From: the human T2T-CHM13v2.0 reference genome, Homo sapiens
Length of the DNA stretch: 64,000 bases
Assembly: GCF_009914755.1 (NCBI RefSeq)
Contig: NC_060936.1
Strand: one strand, 5' to 3'
The position numbers and the translations under genes were made by a program. The notes beneath the pieces are model-generated. The model was not told where the DNA came from, ran no database searches, and saw nothing but the letters and a program-made list of their open reading frames with translations. Shown here in pieces: positions 15,632 through 28,354 of this stretch; position 1 is the stretch's first letter, and the number at the start of each line of letters is the position of its first letter.

Positions 15632-16317
15632 TAAAATTAATCTTGTATGCGTCTTTTAAAACTTCCCCACAACTCTGCAAACAAGGTTTATATATAAACT
15701 CTATATATTCTAGAGATTACAATTTATTTTATTTTACCTTATTTGAATTGAAGGAGTATATTCTAGAGACTTCAAAAGAAGAAATTGAAATTGTGAGAGA
15801 TGAAATATAACATGTAATTTTTACTGACTATAGAGATCATACCTTAACCAATATGATGTTGGATCTCCAGCCATAGAAATTTGTCTAACAGAGTGAGCTA
15901 CTCTCATTAGGAGGAAAAGGGCCTATAGATGGAGCAGCTGTAGGTACAGAGTAAGAATGTATTTTAGATCATGCTAATTCAGCCCTTGTGGGGATCTATG
16001 AGCTCAGAGAATGAGAGAGCTCTGTTTACAATCAATAAGAAAGAATGAAAAAATGATTTCAACATACCAATATACATAGAAAATACTTTACTTAAACTCT
16101 ATTCTGTTTTCTGTATTAGCAATTCACTATAACTTGAGCAGTAAAACTAAAATACCTGAGTTAGCAATGAGCATTGATTTCTGCCATCTAGTGAGGAATA
16201 CCTCTTCCATTATTAAACAAACAAACAACAAACAAAAATCAGGTTGTGGAAGGTGTTCCATTACTGCCTTGAGTGATGAGTGATGGAGGGCCAATACAAA
16301 TAGAAATAAACCAGTAT

Positions 16318-16426
16318 AATAGCATGGGGAATATCTACACAGATGGATAAGAAAGTAGTGGGCAGATGGAGGAATAAATAGCATGGAGGGTATCTACACA
16401 GATAAGTGAGAAATAGTTGACAGATG
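16318..16426. repeat. Diverged 59-bp tandem duplication
   Basis: aatagcatgg...tatctacacagat...agaaa.tagt...cagatg occurs twice. Confidence 0.75.
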
Positions 16427-16751
16427 CAAATAAAAAGTAAAAACAATGTCTAGAATATCTGAATGGCAGAACTGGGAATGCATGTATAATCAGGAGAGAA
16501 GCCAAAATTGTCCCACTAGGATAGAGAACAAAATTCTGTATTTTTTTTTCAAATAGTTATCTGGTAAAGTCAGAGTTGAAGAGATTTTTGGTCAGTTTGG
16601 CCCATAGACATGAAGAGCAAGTCCTATTTACCAACATTCCTATGAAGCATATAAGTACATAATCTCCAGTCCACACCTACCTGTTACTGCTTATACTATA
16701 TTTAGATATTCAGCCATTAAGATTTTAGAGTTTTAAAAACTACTTAGACAT

Positions 16752-17013
16752 GGCCAGGTGCAGTGGTTCACACCTGTTATCCCAGCACTTTGAGAGGACA
16801 AGGAGGGTGTATCACAAGGTCAGGAGATCAAGACCATTCTGGCCCATGGTGAAACCCCGTCTCTACTAAAAATACAAAAATTACCTTGGTGTGGTGGCAC
16901 GTGCCCGTAATCCAAGCTACTCGGAAGGCTGAGGCAGGGATTCGGAGGTTGCAGTGAGCGGAGATTGCACCACTACACTCCAGCTTGGCGACAGAGCGGT
17001 CTCAAAAAAAAAA
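16752..17013 (+). mobile_element. AluSc-like SINE with a short right-arm deletion
   Basis: 'atcacaaggtcaggagatcaagaccat'; TSD aaaaa(c/g)tacttagacat on both sides. Confidence 0.93.
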
Positions 17014-19439
17014 GTACTTAGACATTAATTGAGTCATGTTTAAAAAAATTGGGGGAGTTTCGTTTGTTTGCTTTAAGGTAAAAGAGCATGTCAGAAACTA
17101 AAAATTTCAAGGAAAACATAAAGCTTTGATATTGAGGTCTTGTCTATGAGATCTCCCTCTTTTAAACAAGGCCACATCTTATTTATCCTACTAAAATACT
17201 GGTCTACTTCTAAAAATATATTTCTCACATTACTATAATTACTAAAGTATTCATAATTGTTTACTGCACTAGTAATTTAGCCTATGCTCTAGCTTTTTGA
17301 AATTTCTTATTTATACATCTAGACAACAATATTTATGGACTCAGCCACATATCTCATTTTTTAATTTTTCAGATACAGAAACCTAAAAACAGGAGACACA
17401 TTTATTGCTTCCTGCAATATTTCATAATGAGTATTTGAGCCCAGTTTAGCAAATATTTAATAAAAGTTTTTTAACTGATGCACTCAGGAGTGAAGGAAGG
17501 AGGTAAAGATGCATATTTTCTCAGTAACTATTGTTATCAGCCAGATATTTTTTCAGGTTATAGAGGGAACTGAGGGAAAAAGAGAAAAACACATTTAAGT
17601 GCATAAGTAATGATTGATAATCATGCAAATTCAAATTCATAGAATATCTTATAACTAAGTGCTTGAGGGCATCTCACAGCCACTCATTAGTTTAGCTATT
17701 TTTCACAAACTTGAAATTAAGAGTCGGGGATATTTGCTCACTCTTTATGGATGGATACATTTAGACAAATAGAAGCTAAATATTTCAAGATGATCACTCA
17801 TTCAGTTAATAGATTTTATATATCTCACGTAATTTTAGGATAAAACCCAAATACTTTGGTCATTTGGATTTATGTGAACAGAACTAAGCCACCCTGCTTT
17901 TCAAAAATGTCTACTAGTTGTAAGTACAACTGGCCTCAGCCTTATGTTAGGTGGGGTCCATGCTTTCTTCTTTCAAGGGTTCTTTAACAAAGGGTGTGTC
18001 TATGGAAGTTAGCCTTAGAACAAATTTTGTCAAACATATAGTTATTTACCAGCAGAGAGGCACAAAATGGGGGTCATATCAGTTACTCTTATTGTTAGAA
18101 GATGTTCCCTTCTGTCTTCAGGCACTTCAATTAGAAATTTCAATGAAAAGTTCACTCTGAGCTATCCTTAACATGTCGCAGCAGCAAGAAGAGCCAGTCA
18201 TGAAACAGGTTTGAGTGAAAGAGCCCTCCATAAATTGGAGGGACACACGACCAGCAAGCTCCATACCTTGCATGTTGTTCCTCAAGATTAGGCTGCCATA
18301 TTTACTCAATATCCTATATCTTGTTTATACAAGGGAGGTAGAGCCTATTTAGTGTTTATACTCAATGACCTGTGTTTAATACTCCTCATTCTACTAGTAA
18401 AAAATTACCTCTACCGTGTCTTATGATAATACTTAAGTACTTAAATATAGATTTAGATGACTATATTAGGAGAATAAACTTCTTTCTCTGGAATATACAA
18501 TATATCCAAATGCTAGCAAACATTCCCATAGGTTGAGATCGTAATTAACTTACACACACATAAGACATCCTACTTACACTGAAGCCTTTTAAAGGTAAAA
18601 TTAGCACAGAGGCAATAAAACTTAAATCAAATGGGCCAGTCTTTGTGGCCAAAGTAATCATATACAAAACTCAGTAACTATGACTGACTCTTTAAAACTC
18701 CAACCAACTGAAAAATCAGAGTGGTTAATTTCCACATTCAAGAATGCCATTCAAACAAGATCATCTGTTCTGTTTCCTAAGTAATGTTTGACCATCTAAG
18801 ATCAATTGCACAGAACCTATTTCATCTGTAGTATACTGATATTTCTAAAATTAAATGTTTCTTTTTAAGTGTTGTCAAATAATAACACTGCCAGTGACTT
18901 TAACAGGTCTTTGAAAGAACCCAGGAAATTGGACCCATTATTTTTACCTTTCTCTGCCTTCCAAAGAACTTGCATTCCTGTCAGTATTATTTCCCAAAAT
19001 AAATAAGCCCACAAGAAATACCTTATTAACTGTCTTTCACTTCCAATGCCTTCAGGCAGCAAAGATTTAACTGCCTCCTTCTGTATCTTTCAAGAGAGTA
19101 AATGAATGTTTCCAGAAATATCAAGGAAGAAGGAAAAAATTGTCCTAAAAATTTTAAGTGATATTATCTGTGGTGTACAAGTGAACATAATAGTATCAAA
19201 TAGGTATAAAGGTAAAATACGGGATTTAGTTGAATAAATGTTTGTACCTTAAAAAGTACAAAATAACTGTCAAAAAGTTTTAATGTCTGCATTTGTTTCA
19301 TTACATAAAAATTTGCAAGAAAACTCTTACTAAACAACACAAATCTATACGTCTGATATTTATATTTATTTTATTAAATATACAATTATATATAATGTAT
19401 CATAACTATATATTATATATAATACATACATATTAAATA

Positions 19440-19597
19440 TATAATTATAGTATAAAGAACCATCACCACTCAATAATAAGAAAATAAAATATCAATTAAA
19501 AATGGGCAAAGGATCTGAAGAGACACTTCACTAAAGAAAATACATGAATGACAAGCCCATGAAAAGATACTCAACATCATTAGTCATCATGGAACTG
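19440..19597 (+). mobile_element. Old L1M ORF2 3' fragment
   Basis: 'aaaatgggcaaaggatctgaagagacacttcactaaagaa...tcaacatcattagtcat'. Confidence 0.7.
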
Positions 19598-20559
19598 CGG
19601 AGATGTTTGAATCACAAAGTTGTCCCCAGAGTGTAGAGATGATAACCCAGCCCAACTTTCCATTTTATTCAGTACACTCAATAATGCAAGTGGAGGACAT
19701 GAAGCAAAGGAAATGAAGGAACAACTATATCTGTTTGGCTCTAGATGTGTGTGCTGGGATCTCCTCTATGAGCTTCAGCCACAGAAATGTTAAATAAATT
19801 ATACACAGCATTGTGGATAGAAGACAGTACCTTGTCCCCACTTCCCATTTGGCCTCTGGCAGAGGAGGAGCCCACTGTGTAGGAGACATCACAATACTAG
19901 GCTGCTCAGCCCAGCTAGTGTGGTCAGAAGAAGAGAGTCAAATTGACACTCCTAAACCTTCCTCCTAAAAAGAACACTAAGATTTGTTTAACAGTCTTCC
20001 AAGAAGATCAGAGTGGTAAGATAAAGTGGAAAGAGGTGAACCCCACGCAGAGGACCATCTGGTCACAGGGCTGAGCTAAAGCCATGGCAGATACTGAAGA
20101 GTCAGCTAGCAGTGAGATCTGTAGGGATGTGAGTCAGCAGGGGAAACATGACACCCACATACTCCAGGACTATTGGCTTAGCTGACAGACTGCTCCCTGG
20201 TCCTGTCAACTGAGAATGATAGCATTATATGCTAGCAGAGAAGTTCTCTATCAGGCAGATAAAAAAGACACTGTCTTAGAAAGTAAAAGATGCTACTTAA
20301 GGACCAACAATGGACCAGAGGCCTCCATGACCTCAGCCAGAACTTTGAGTAGCCCTTACGTCTCTATTGTGTACCGGGATGTCATTTTAGTGTAAGAAAC
20401 AGAGGAAAAAAGACAATTTCGGTGTTATTTATATTTTCTCTTGGTCAGTATGCTGAAGGTTACAAAAAAGACAAAATCAGCATCATAACAAAGGAGGTGT
20501 ATATTAGTATCAAATTAAATTTCTCTGCATAACTGAATTGTGCTGGTACCAAAATTTAT

Positions 20560-21000
20560 AGCTCTGCTATGCATCAAATGGGATGTATAGCACAAAGGCA
20601 GTAGTATGGATGAAATTACAATGGATGAGGCTGTAAAGTGAGAAGTATAAAGACCAAAAAGGAAAGACATTGCAATCCCAGTTTATAACGTATAAGTATG
20701 CAAAGAAAACTGGGAGTCAGAGAGTAAAAGGGAAAATGAAGAGAAAATGGCTCTCATTTAGGTAGAATTTTCAGGAAATAGATGAGGTCCTATAGTGTCA
20801 AATGCTGTAGAGAAATAAGCTGGCCTTCTTATTTGACAAATGGAAAGTCACAAGTAAGCTTAGCAAGATTTTCAGAAGAATTGGAAACTGGTGAAAAAAG
20901 GTAGTTTTGCAGATGGCCAAATAACACATAGGCAATTGAGAAAAACTCTTTAAAAAATTGACGATGAAGAAAATAGGCATTAGCTTTTGGGGAAGGGGAA
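20560..21000 (-). mobile_element. L2 fragment
   Basis: 'gtgtcaaatgctgtagagaaataag...atttgacaaatggaaagtca' is typical of antisense L2. Confidence 0.5.
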
Positions 21001-21119
21001 AGAAAAGCCATCAGAGAATGCAAATATATGATAGAATGGAAAGAGAATATTGAGTCATCAATGCTCCAATGGTACAAGAAAGATCCAGGGTCAAAGTAGT
21101 TCTGGGTATGCAGAACAAA

Positions 21120-21393
21120 CAAAACAAGAGTACATACTATCTGAGGCCATTTGAATAAAATTAAAAAGCAAGCAGAGAAAGTCTGTACTATCAGATGCCA
21201 AGATAATGATTACCCTTGGCAGAGGGGTAGTAACTGGAACAAAGCATGAGGATATCTGAAATATTGGTAAGGTTATGCTTCTTACTCTTCGTGCTAGTTA
21301 TATAGGGGTGTTTAGTTTATGAAAACCTTTTGAGCTGTACAGGTATAAGATTTCTAACCTTTTCTGTGTGTATGTTACATTTCAATTAAAAGA
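21120..21393 (+). mobile_element. L1ME-type 3' end
   Basis: 'gataatgattacccttgg...aactggaacaaagcatgagg...tctgtgtgtatgttacatttcaattaaaa'. Confidence 0.65.
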
Positions 21394-23344
21394 AGACTCT
21401 ATGGATATTAAGAATTAGTACCATAATTAAATAGATTGGGCAAACATATAGAGAAAGTCAGAGGTAAATTGGATATGACCTTGAGAAAGATTTTGTTTAT
21501 AGCTTTCATTTGCAGAGAAGGAGCAGAGGAGGCAAGCCATCTGTTAAACCTTAGAAGGCAGATGGAAAGATGAACGCCAGAGTGGAGAAGGGGAGAACTG
21601 CTGAGTGGATGAATGAAAGTTAATGGGTTATCTGGCAGCAATGAGAGCTCAACTACATTTAATGAATTAATAAATTGATCTTACCTCTTTCCACATAAAA
21701 TTTTGTACACAAAATAAATTCTGTATATGGAAATTAGAAAACCAAGATCATAAAACGGCTTATATAATTGCAGTATTTTATTTGAGAATTTGGCTATGAG
21801 CTCCTGATGACTTAAATGAAAAGCTTTAAAATGGTCATTTCCATGATCTTACTCTTCACCAAGAGAAAACATACAAGTTTCTCATGGGAAGCTATTTCAT
21901 GGTAGCTCATTCTAACAGATATTTCTCACTTAAGGATTTATATAGATACGCAAAAGTGAAATAATAAACATAACCTCAAATGTATCCTTAAAACATATAT
22001 TATTGTAGTCTTCATAAGGTTGTTTTTAGAAGCATTTACCCATGAGAACTGAGGACAGTTTGCCAAAGCCCAATAAAAATAGTGAATAAAATTTATGTAA
22101 GATGATCTATTTGTAAATACTCAGACTTCTATTGGTCCATGCTACTCTAGGGATAGAAATTTGAATATCTAGAACAATGTGTGGACTCATGTTCTACAGA
22201 CCTCTAGGAATTTTATAAATCAAGAAGCAATATATTTGTGATTTGAAGTATAGAAAGCCTTTAATTTACAATTCATCTGTGTATTTGAAGGCCAACAAAC
22301 AGATGACAATATTCTCAAATATTTTCAGAAGTGTCAAATAATCTAAAATACTCTACTTAAATAATGATTACTTTTTTCCCATCTTAGTTATAGGGCTCAG
22401 AATACTTATAAGGCAAGCCAGGATTCAAAAATAAATCTGGATCTTATCTAGCCCTACCTGATTTTGAATAACACAAATTTTTAATATACCTAGTTGGAAG
22501 TACGATGCTTTATTTTTCCTAAAAGAAAAAAAAATCATCATCTGGAAGGACTAGGTGAAAGGAAACATATCCAAACTTACTTGGTGTGGAAGAAGCTGGA
22601 CACATATTAGAGTCATGCAAGTGAAAGAACATGGAGGTGCTGGTATGAATGTAGCTGAAATGATCAGCTATGTGGGCCAGCTTAGATAGTGATGGGTGTA
22701 AAAGCTGAAGAGACTGAGAGCCCTAAAGAGCCCTGAATAGAGAGGAAATTGATAGGCTTACTGGTGGCACATCAATGGAAGGAAGCAGACTAAACATTCA
22801 GGCACAAACCAGATGTGTAGAACTTTTGGTACATCTACAAAGATGCCTTGTAGTATGGCTAAGAGGTCACAGCATGTTAATTTAACAATTTATTTGATGT
22901 TCATTATTTTCAAAATATGGTTCAGAATCAGGAAATCAAAATGGCTTGCTTTAGACAAAGTTTAAACATCTGAATTGGGATTTTCTGGATTTTGACTGCA
23001 AAACAGAAGCTTGGTCCCTAAGGTATAGAGCCAACCACTACAGAGACACTGTAGAGAGCTTCATCAAATTATATAATACAAAACAAGTAATAATTTGTTA
23101 AATATCCTTTGAATATTCAATAGACATTTCAAAGCTTTACATGGTCAAAATCCTGATCTACGTGGTGCCTTCTCAACCTAGATTTTTCATTTTTAAAATT
23201 ATTCTGTCTTGCTTCTTAAAAAATTATGTATCTCCACTACCACTGTAACACTTTCAGTGCCTACTTGTGGCAGGATTATACTTTCCCATGCCACATAGCT
23301 TGGCTATGTGATGTGCTTTGACCAATAAAATGAAATCATAATTA

Positions 23345-25290
23345 GGAAATTAACTCAATAGAGTATTACCATCTAATCATCAAACTCCATTTATGTTTCT
23401 CCAATCGTCCTCATTATATCTTTTATAAGCATAAGTTGCAGTTCAGAATCAAGCATTGCATTGACCCAACATGTCCCCTTAGTCTCCTTCAGTCCAGAGC
23501 AGTTATTCTTCCCTTGACTTCCTTGATCCTCATCCTTCTGAGGAATATTCATGAGTAGTTTTGAAAAATGTTTCTTAATTTGGGTATATATGATATTTCT
23601 TCAGGATCTGATTTAAGATATTCACCTCTGGCAGGAATATCACAGAAGTGATGCTGTGCTGTTCTCATTGCATTCTGTCAGGTGCATAGTACTTAAATTT
23701 AGTCCCATTAATGATGATGTTCACTTTGTCACTTGATTAACATAATGTCTACCAATCTTTTACACTGTTTTTTCTTTTGAAATTATTAATTTCTGGTGGG
23801 TAAAACACCTTGACACTAAATAAATATCCTGTTCCTCATCAAGAGGAAAATTTCTTCTTTTATTTTTTTATTTATAAATATGTGACCTCAAGGTTTCCTA
23901 GTGTATGCAGTGAGTTATAATCTATTACTATCATTACATATTTTGATGCTAAAATTAACCTTTGGTTTAAGTAGAGCTAGTCCATTCAAGCTAGCTTCTC
24001 TGTCCTTCTGCTGTAGTGTCATAATTCTTTTAGCATTTTCTTGCTGTCTGACATAACGAGATATTTCTGGCTCATCTTGTACTTTCCCTGCCTCGCTCCT
24101 GGAATTGGCCATGTCTTTAAGAATTCTTGCTTCCTTTTAGTGAAGAATGCTATACAGAACCAAGCTCTAGGTGCCAGGTGTGCTCATTGATATTGCGTGT
24201 TGTCACTCCTAGGCCCTTCAAGTAGATAAAGCTAGGAAATATATGTATGTACATATATGAATATATGTATGTGTACACATATTTACATCTATATTGGCTT
24301 TTATATATTCATATTTGTGAAAACCATGACTTTACATTAATTCTTCCAATTACAATCCACCACTACAGGGTTCATTCTGTTTCTCTCCCTTTTTATATTT
24401 GAATTCTCTTTTCTGACAGTGAGAACCCCGGTTTATATTTATGATATTTACTAATATTCTTTTAACTCTTTATCATATTTACTAATTTTATCAGTTCCTT
24501 TGTAAGGAACAAATCTTCCATCTTCATTACCACCTATTCCTTCATATAAATGCCCTCCTTATTCCAACACTCATGCCAGAATTCCCTTGTGTAGACCCAT
24601 ACCTCACTACATTTGGAGTCTGACCTTTTGTATTTGGCTACCCCAATGTAAGAACACTTACCTCATCCTATTTAGACTTTACCACTCCATTGCATGATGC
24701 ACAGATATCAAATGCACCATTGTAAGCCTCTGACACCATATGAAAACTACCTCTTCAAGGAGATGCCCTTATGAACCCACAGACTTCAACACTTCATAGG
24801 AAGCTATGTGTCGGCATGGATTTCCTTCTCACTCTGTTTGAGTTCTGACACCTCGTGCTGAACCTTCCCAACCTATGAAAGCCCTCCTCTTTCCCCTTGG
24901 GCTCTGCCACACCACACAAAGCCAGCCCTGTCACAGTGACACCATTCTCATACCACTGGGGAGTCCCCTTGTGTTTTTCCCTTTTTGATCTGCTAGTGCT
25001 CTCGCACCACAAGTGAGGTCACTCCCATTAGTGAACATCTTCCTCAATACTTTGTTCTTGGAAGCCTCACACTGTGGAGTCCTCCTATGCAAACATTTTG
25101 TTCACCTTTCTTGGGCTTTGCTTGCTTCTTTCAGCCTTTGACAGCCTCTATTAGGGAGCATTCCTAAGTAGTGTCCACCATGCTTGGGCTCAGACACTCT
25201 GCTCTGGGCGACCGTAGTTCTTGTCTCTCTCCTCTACCCATGTAGATGTCTACCTTGCTCTGTCTTCCATGATGCCTTTAGGAATGAAAT
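23345..25290 (-). mobile_element. L1MC4/5-type 3' region including a degenerate internal tandem repeat (~24545-25260)
   Basis: 'ggcaggaatatcacagaagtgatgctgtg', 'tcctggaattggccat', 'ccaattacaatccaccactacagggttcattct'; recurrent 'ctctgacacc/gggctc' units. Confidence 0.6.
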
Positions 25291-25984
25291 ATTAGGAAAG
25301 GGAAGAGAAATAAAGAGAAAGGAAGCAAGAAAATAGAAAGAGAAAGAGGTGGAAGAAAGAGAGCTCCAATGCATTTTAAAGTATTCATAAATATTTTCCC
25401 ATTCAAGAATATTTTATAGTATTGTTACTATTTACCAAACCATGAGTTAAAATAATGACAAGTTATAGCCAGATTTTTTAAAAAATATAGAATAATAACT
25501 GAATGAACAGAAAATATTAAATAGTTAATTATGGTTTCACGAAAAAAACATACAGGTAAATCTATCTGTCCACCCATCCATGTGTTTATAACATGGGTCA
25601 CAGGGTATTTTCAGTAGAATATGGTCCAAAAGGGCATAAAATATTGAAAAATAAAATATCTGAACTATTGCATAATATAATTTCCTGATTACTTTACATA
25701 ATGTGTTCCATATGAAGTAAACTGATAGGTATTATTAATTAAATTTTAAGGAGCTTATGGGAGATATGAGAAATAAGAACGCATAATCATTAGAAATCAT
25801 GATGGGTTTTAGGAGCTTTGAGATATGATAAAGAGACAGAGGAGTATCTGAATCCTGTCCTTGAAGAAGTATAAAAACGAGAAACATGGTTTTTTGTTTG
25901 TTTGTTTGTTTTGTTTTAAAAGTAACGTGGTCATTAACTAGGATTGTGCCCAAGTCCAAAGCAGAGAATTCTGGTAAGGTGATT

Positions 25985-26435
25985 GGTCAGCCATACAGGC
26001 AGACTGCTCAGATATCCCTTTCAGAAAGAACTTAATAATTAGCTGCAAGGGATGCAGCTGGTTCAGAGCTTCCAGCTGCAGTGCCTCAGGGTCTGCTGCA
26101 CCACTGGAACCAAGGCCACTCTTTCCCTAGGAAGCTTCCAACAAATGACAAAGTACAGTGATGGCACTCCGGCATGGCCATTTTTGCCTATTTGCAGGAT
26201 TCTTCTATGGACAATATTTGTGCCAGATCTCACTGGGCTGGCTGAGCCTTTCCCGGAACTGCTATATGGTCTGAGATTTTTCCAACTGATGCTCTTTTCT
26301 CCCCCTTCTCCTTTCAACATCCAAATATAAATGCTTTTCTTGTCAGTACTGTTCCTTTTCCTCTTTATCTGTTACTGAAACTACCCCCAATAAATCTTAT
26401 GCACTTTTTACTCCGGTTCTCAGAGGATTCAATCA
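25985..26435 (+). mobile_element. LTR16-like ERVL solo LTR
   Basis: 'cagctgcagtgcctcagggtctgctgca...caaggccactcttt...ggccatttttgcc...cccaataaatcttatgcac...ttctcagagga'. Confidence 0.55.
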
Positions 26436-28354
26436 ATATACCTAGTCTAGATTATGCTGCCAATTATAGACTCAAGCAGCCCCTTTCCTCCCTTCTAAGT
26501 TCAGCGTTTTTTCTTGGCATCTTGCCATTCTCCATGGACAGAAGAGAGAATATTCTCTGTCTTTTATCAAGGAACAGGCCCTAAGCAGCTAGCCACTCCT
26601 GTAACAAGGTGGGAGAGAAAGAACAAGAAAGCTGCATTCTGGTTTTCTTCATGCAATAAGAGGCTCTGGCCACTTTCCTGCTCTGGCCATCTAAAAACAA
26701 GAAGCAAAAACCAGAGCCAGGCCCAATATATAGCCACTGAGGGCAAAATAACTTTGATCATTCTAAAGGACCTGGAATTTGACTAAACGATTTACTTATT
26801 TCTCTTTCAGGGCTCTGATGTCACAAAAAGTTTTACCTCCTCTCAGATACTAAAAGAGGAAAACAAATTGCAGAACTTGAAGAGACTCCAAAGGCTCTTA
26901 GTTGTAAGAGTCAGATCCATGCCATCTTGATGAATAAGTAATTATATTCTGCATGTAACAGAAATAATATGATTAGGATTTACTACAATATACTTTAATA
27001 AAGGCAAACATGTCATCTAAACTGTCTGAACATACCTCTGTGGGAAAAATTGAGGAAAGATGATGTAAATCATTTTTCTTATCAAATTGTAAAAGTGCTT
27101 CTAAATGCACATTGGTAACTATAGTAGGGGAAATTTTATTCCTAAAATTACTAATTATCTCTCTCAAAATGAGTTTGCCTTTAAAGGGTAAATACACTTG
27201 TTTTCAACACCAAACTTTAGTACATTGAATTATATGGTTGCCTGCCTTTATAATAGAGTGGAGTCCAGAAGGATTAAAAAAATACAATTACTTTTTGAAC
27301 AGTTGTAACTTTATGAATGGAAAATGGCAATGACTGTCTTAAAGATATTTAATACAAATGTTTTGTAAGTAATCATCATCTGCTTGTTTGTAGTTTATGC
27401 AAACCTGGATGTTAAGTTATTTGATTTAGTAAAGTAAGGTATTTGCATTGTCATGAAATTTCATAAGTTTGACTTCCTTTTGCAGATTCAACTCTAGTCA
27501 TTCAAAGCAAGCCAAAGACAGACTGAAGTAAGCCGTAGCATTATTCATCATGTGCCACTGTGAACAATGCTGCTGTGTAGCTTCAAGTGTTTTTAAGTTC
27601 TTCAAAATTATTTCTTGGTCAAATGAGAACCTCTAATCACAGATAAATGCATAGCACCTCATCTGTCTTACTTGAGCAAATATGACATTTAAAAATCATT
27701 TCCCAAATCATATGCCACACATCTTCCTCTCTCTTCAAAGCAGGTCAGAAAAATGTTAATCCTGAGATAAAGTTATACTTAATCAAAGAAAGATTTTCTT
27801 CTTCCTCTGGTTGTAGTTTGTGCATTTATTGAGAAAAAGAACATAGGCAAGATATGAAGTAGGTGCTGAATCATAAATGAATACATTGATTAGAAAACAA
27901 ATAATTTAGGAAGTATATTCTTTGGATTGTCTTTATACTTTAATTGCAATGTTGACTATAGACTGAGGTTTTGTTATTGTCTGATGCTTTAATATGTTTC
28001 AAATTTAATGGTTATGGTCAAGCACATACAATCAGGTCCAAAGATTGATTACTAGATCGATAATATGGTTGCAGGACGCAGTACATTCCAGCACCAATAT
28101 CACATTCAGACTCTTCAGGATAATACAGCTTGCTTTATATAGATACATAAATGCAGTGCAGTGGAAGTAGAACAGAAGAAATTTCTCAGGTGTCTCAGAA
28201 AGTCATGCTACCCAGCGCTAAAACCAGCTATATGAGATGGGTCATCCTGCAATTACTCAACTAAAAATGAAAATAAAATGCACTAGGTATAACACAATGC
28301 TCTCTCATACCTTCTTGTTTCTGCGCATCTTATTTTCTCTTCAAAAAAATAGAT

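Noticed and set aside
18121-18310. Exon-like GC-richer patch with ATG (MSQQQEEPVMKQV*)
   Set aside because: Early stop, no recognisable homology, no clear donor
19600-20570. Possible ancient LTR (LTR78/MamGyp-like)
   Set aside because: Only a faint resemblance at the 3' end; cannot be supported without a profile search
28300-28345. Minus-strand donor (aag|gtatga) with an upstream Lys/Arg-rich frame
   Set aside because: The sequence is the left half of a MIR split by the L1PB
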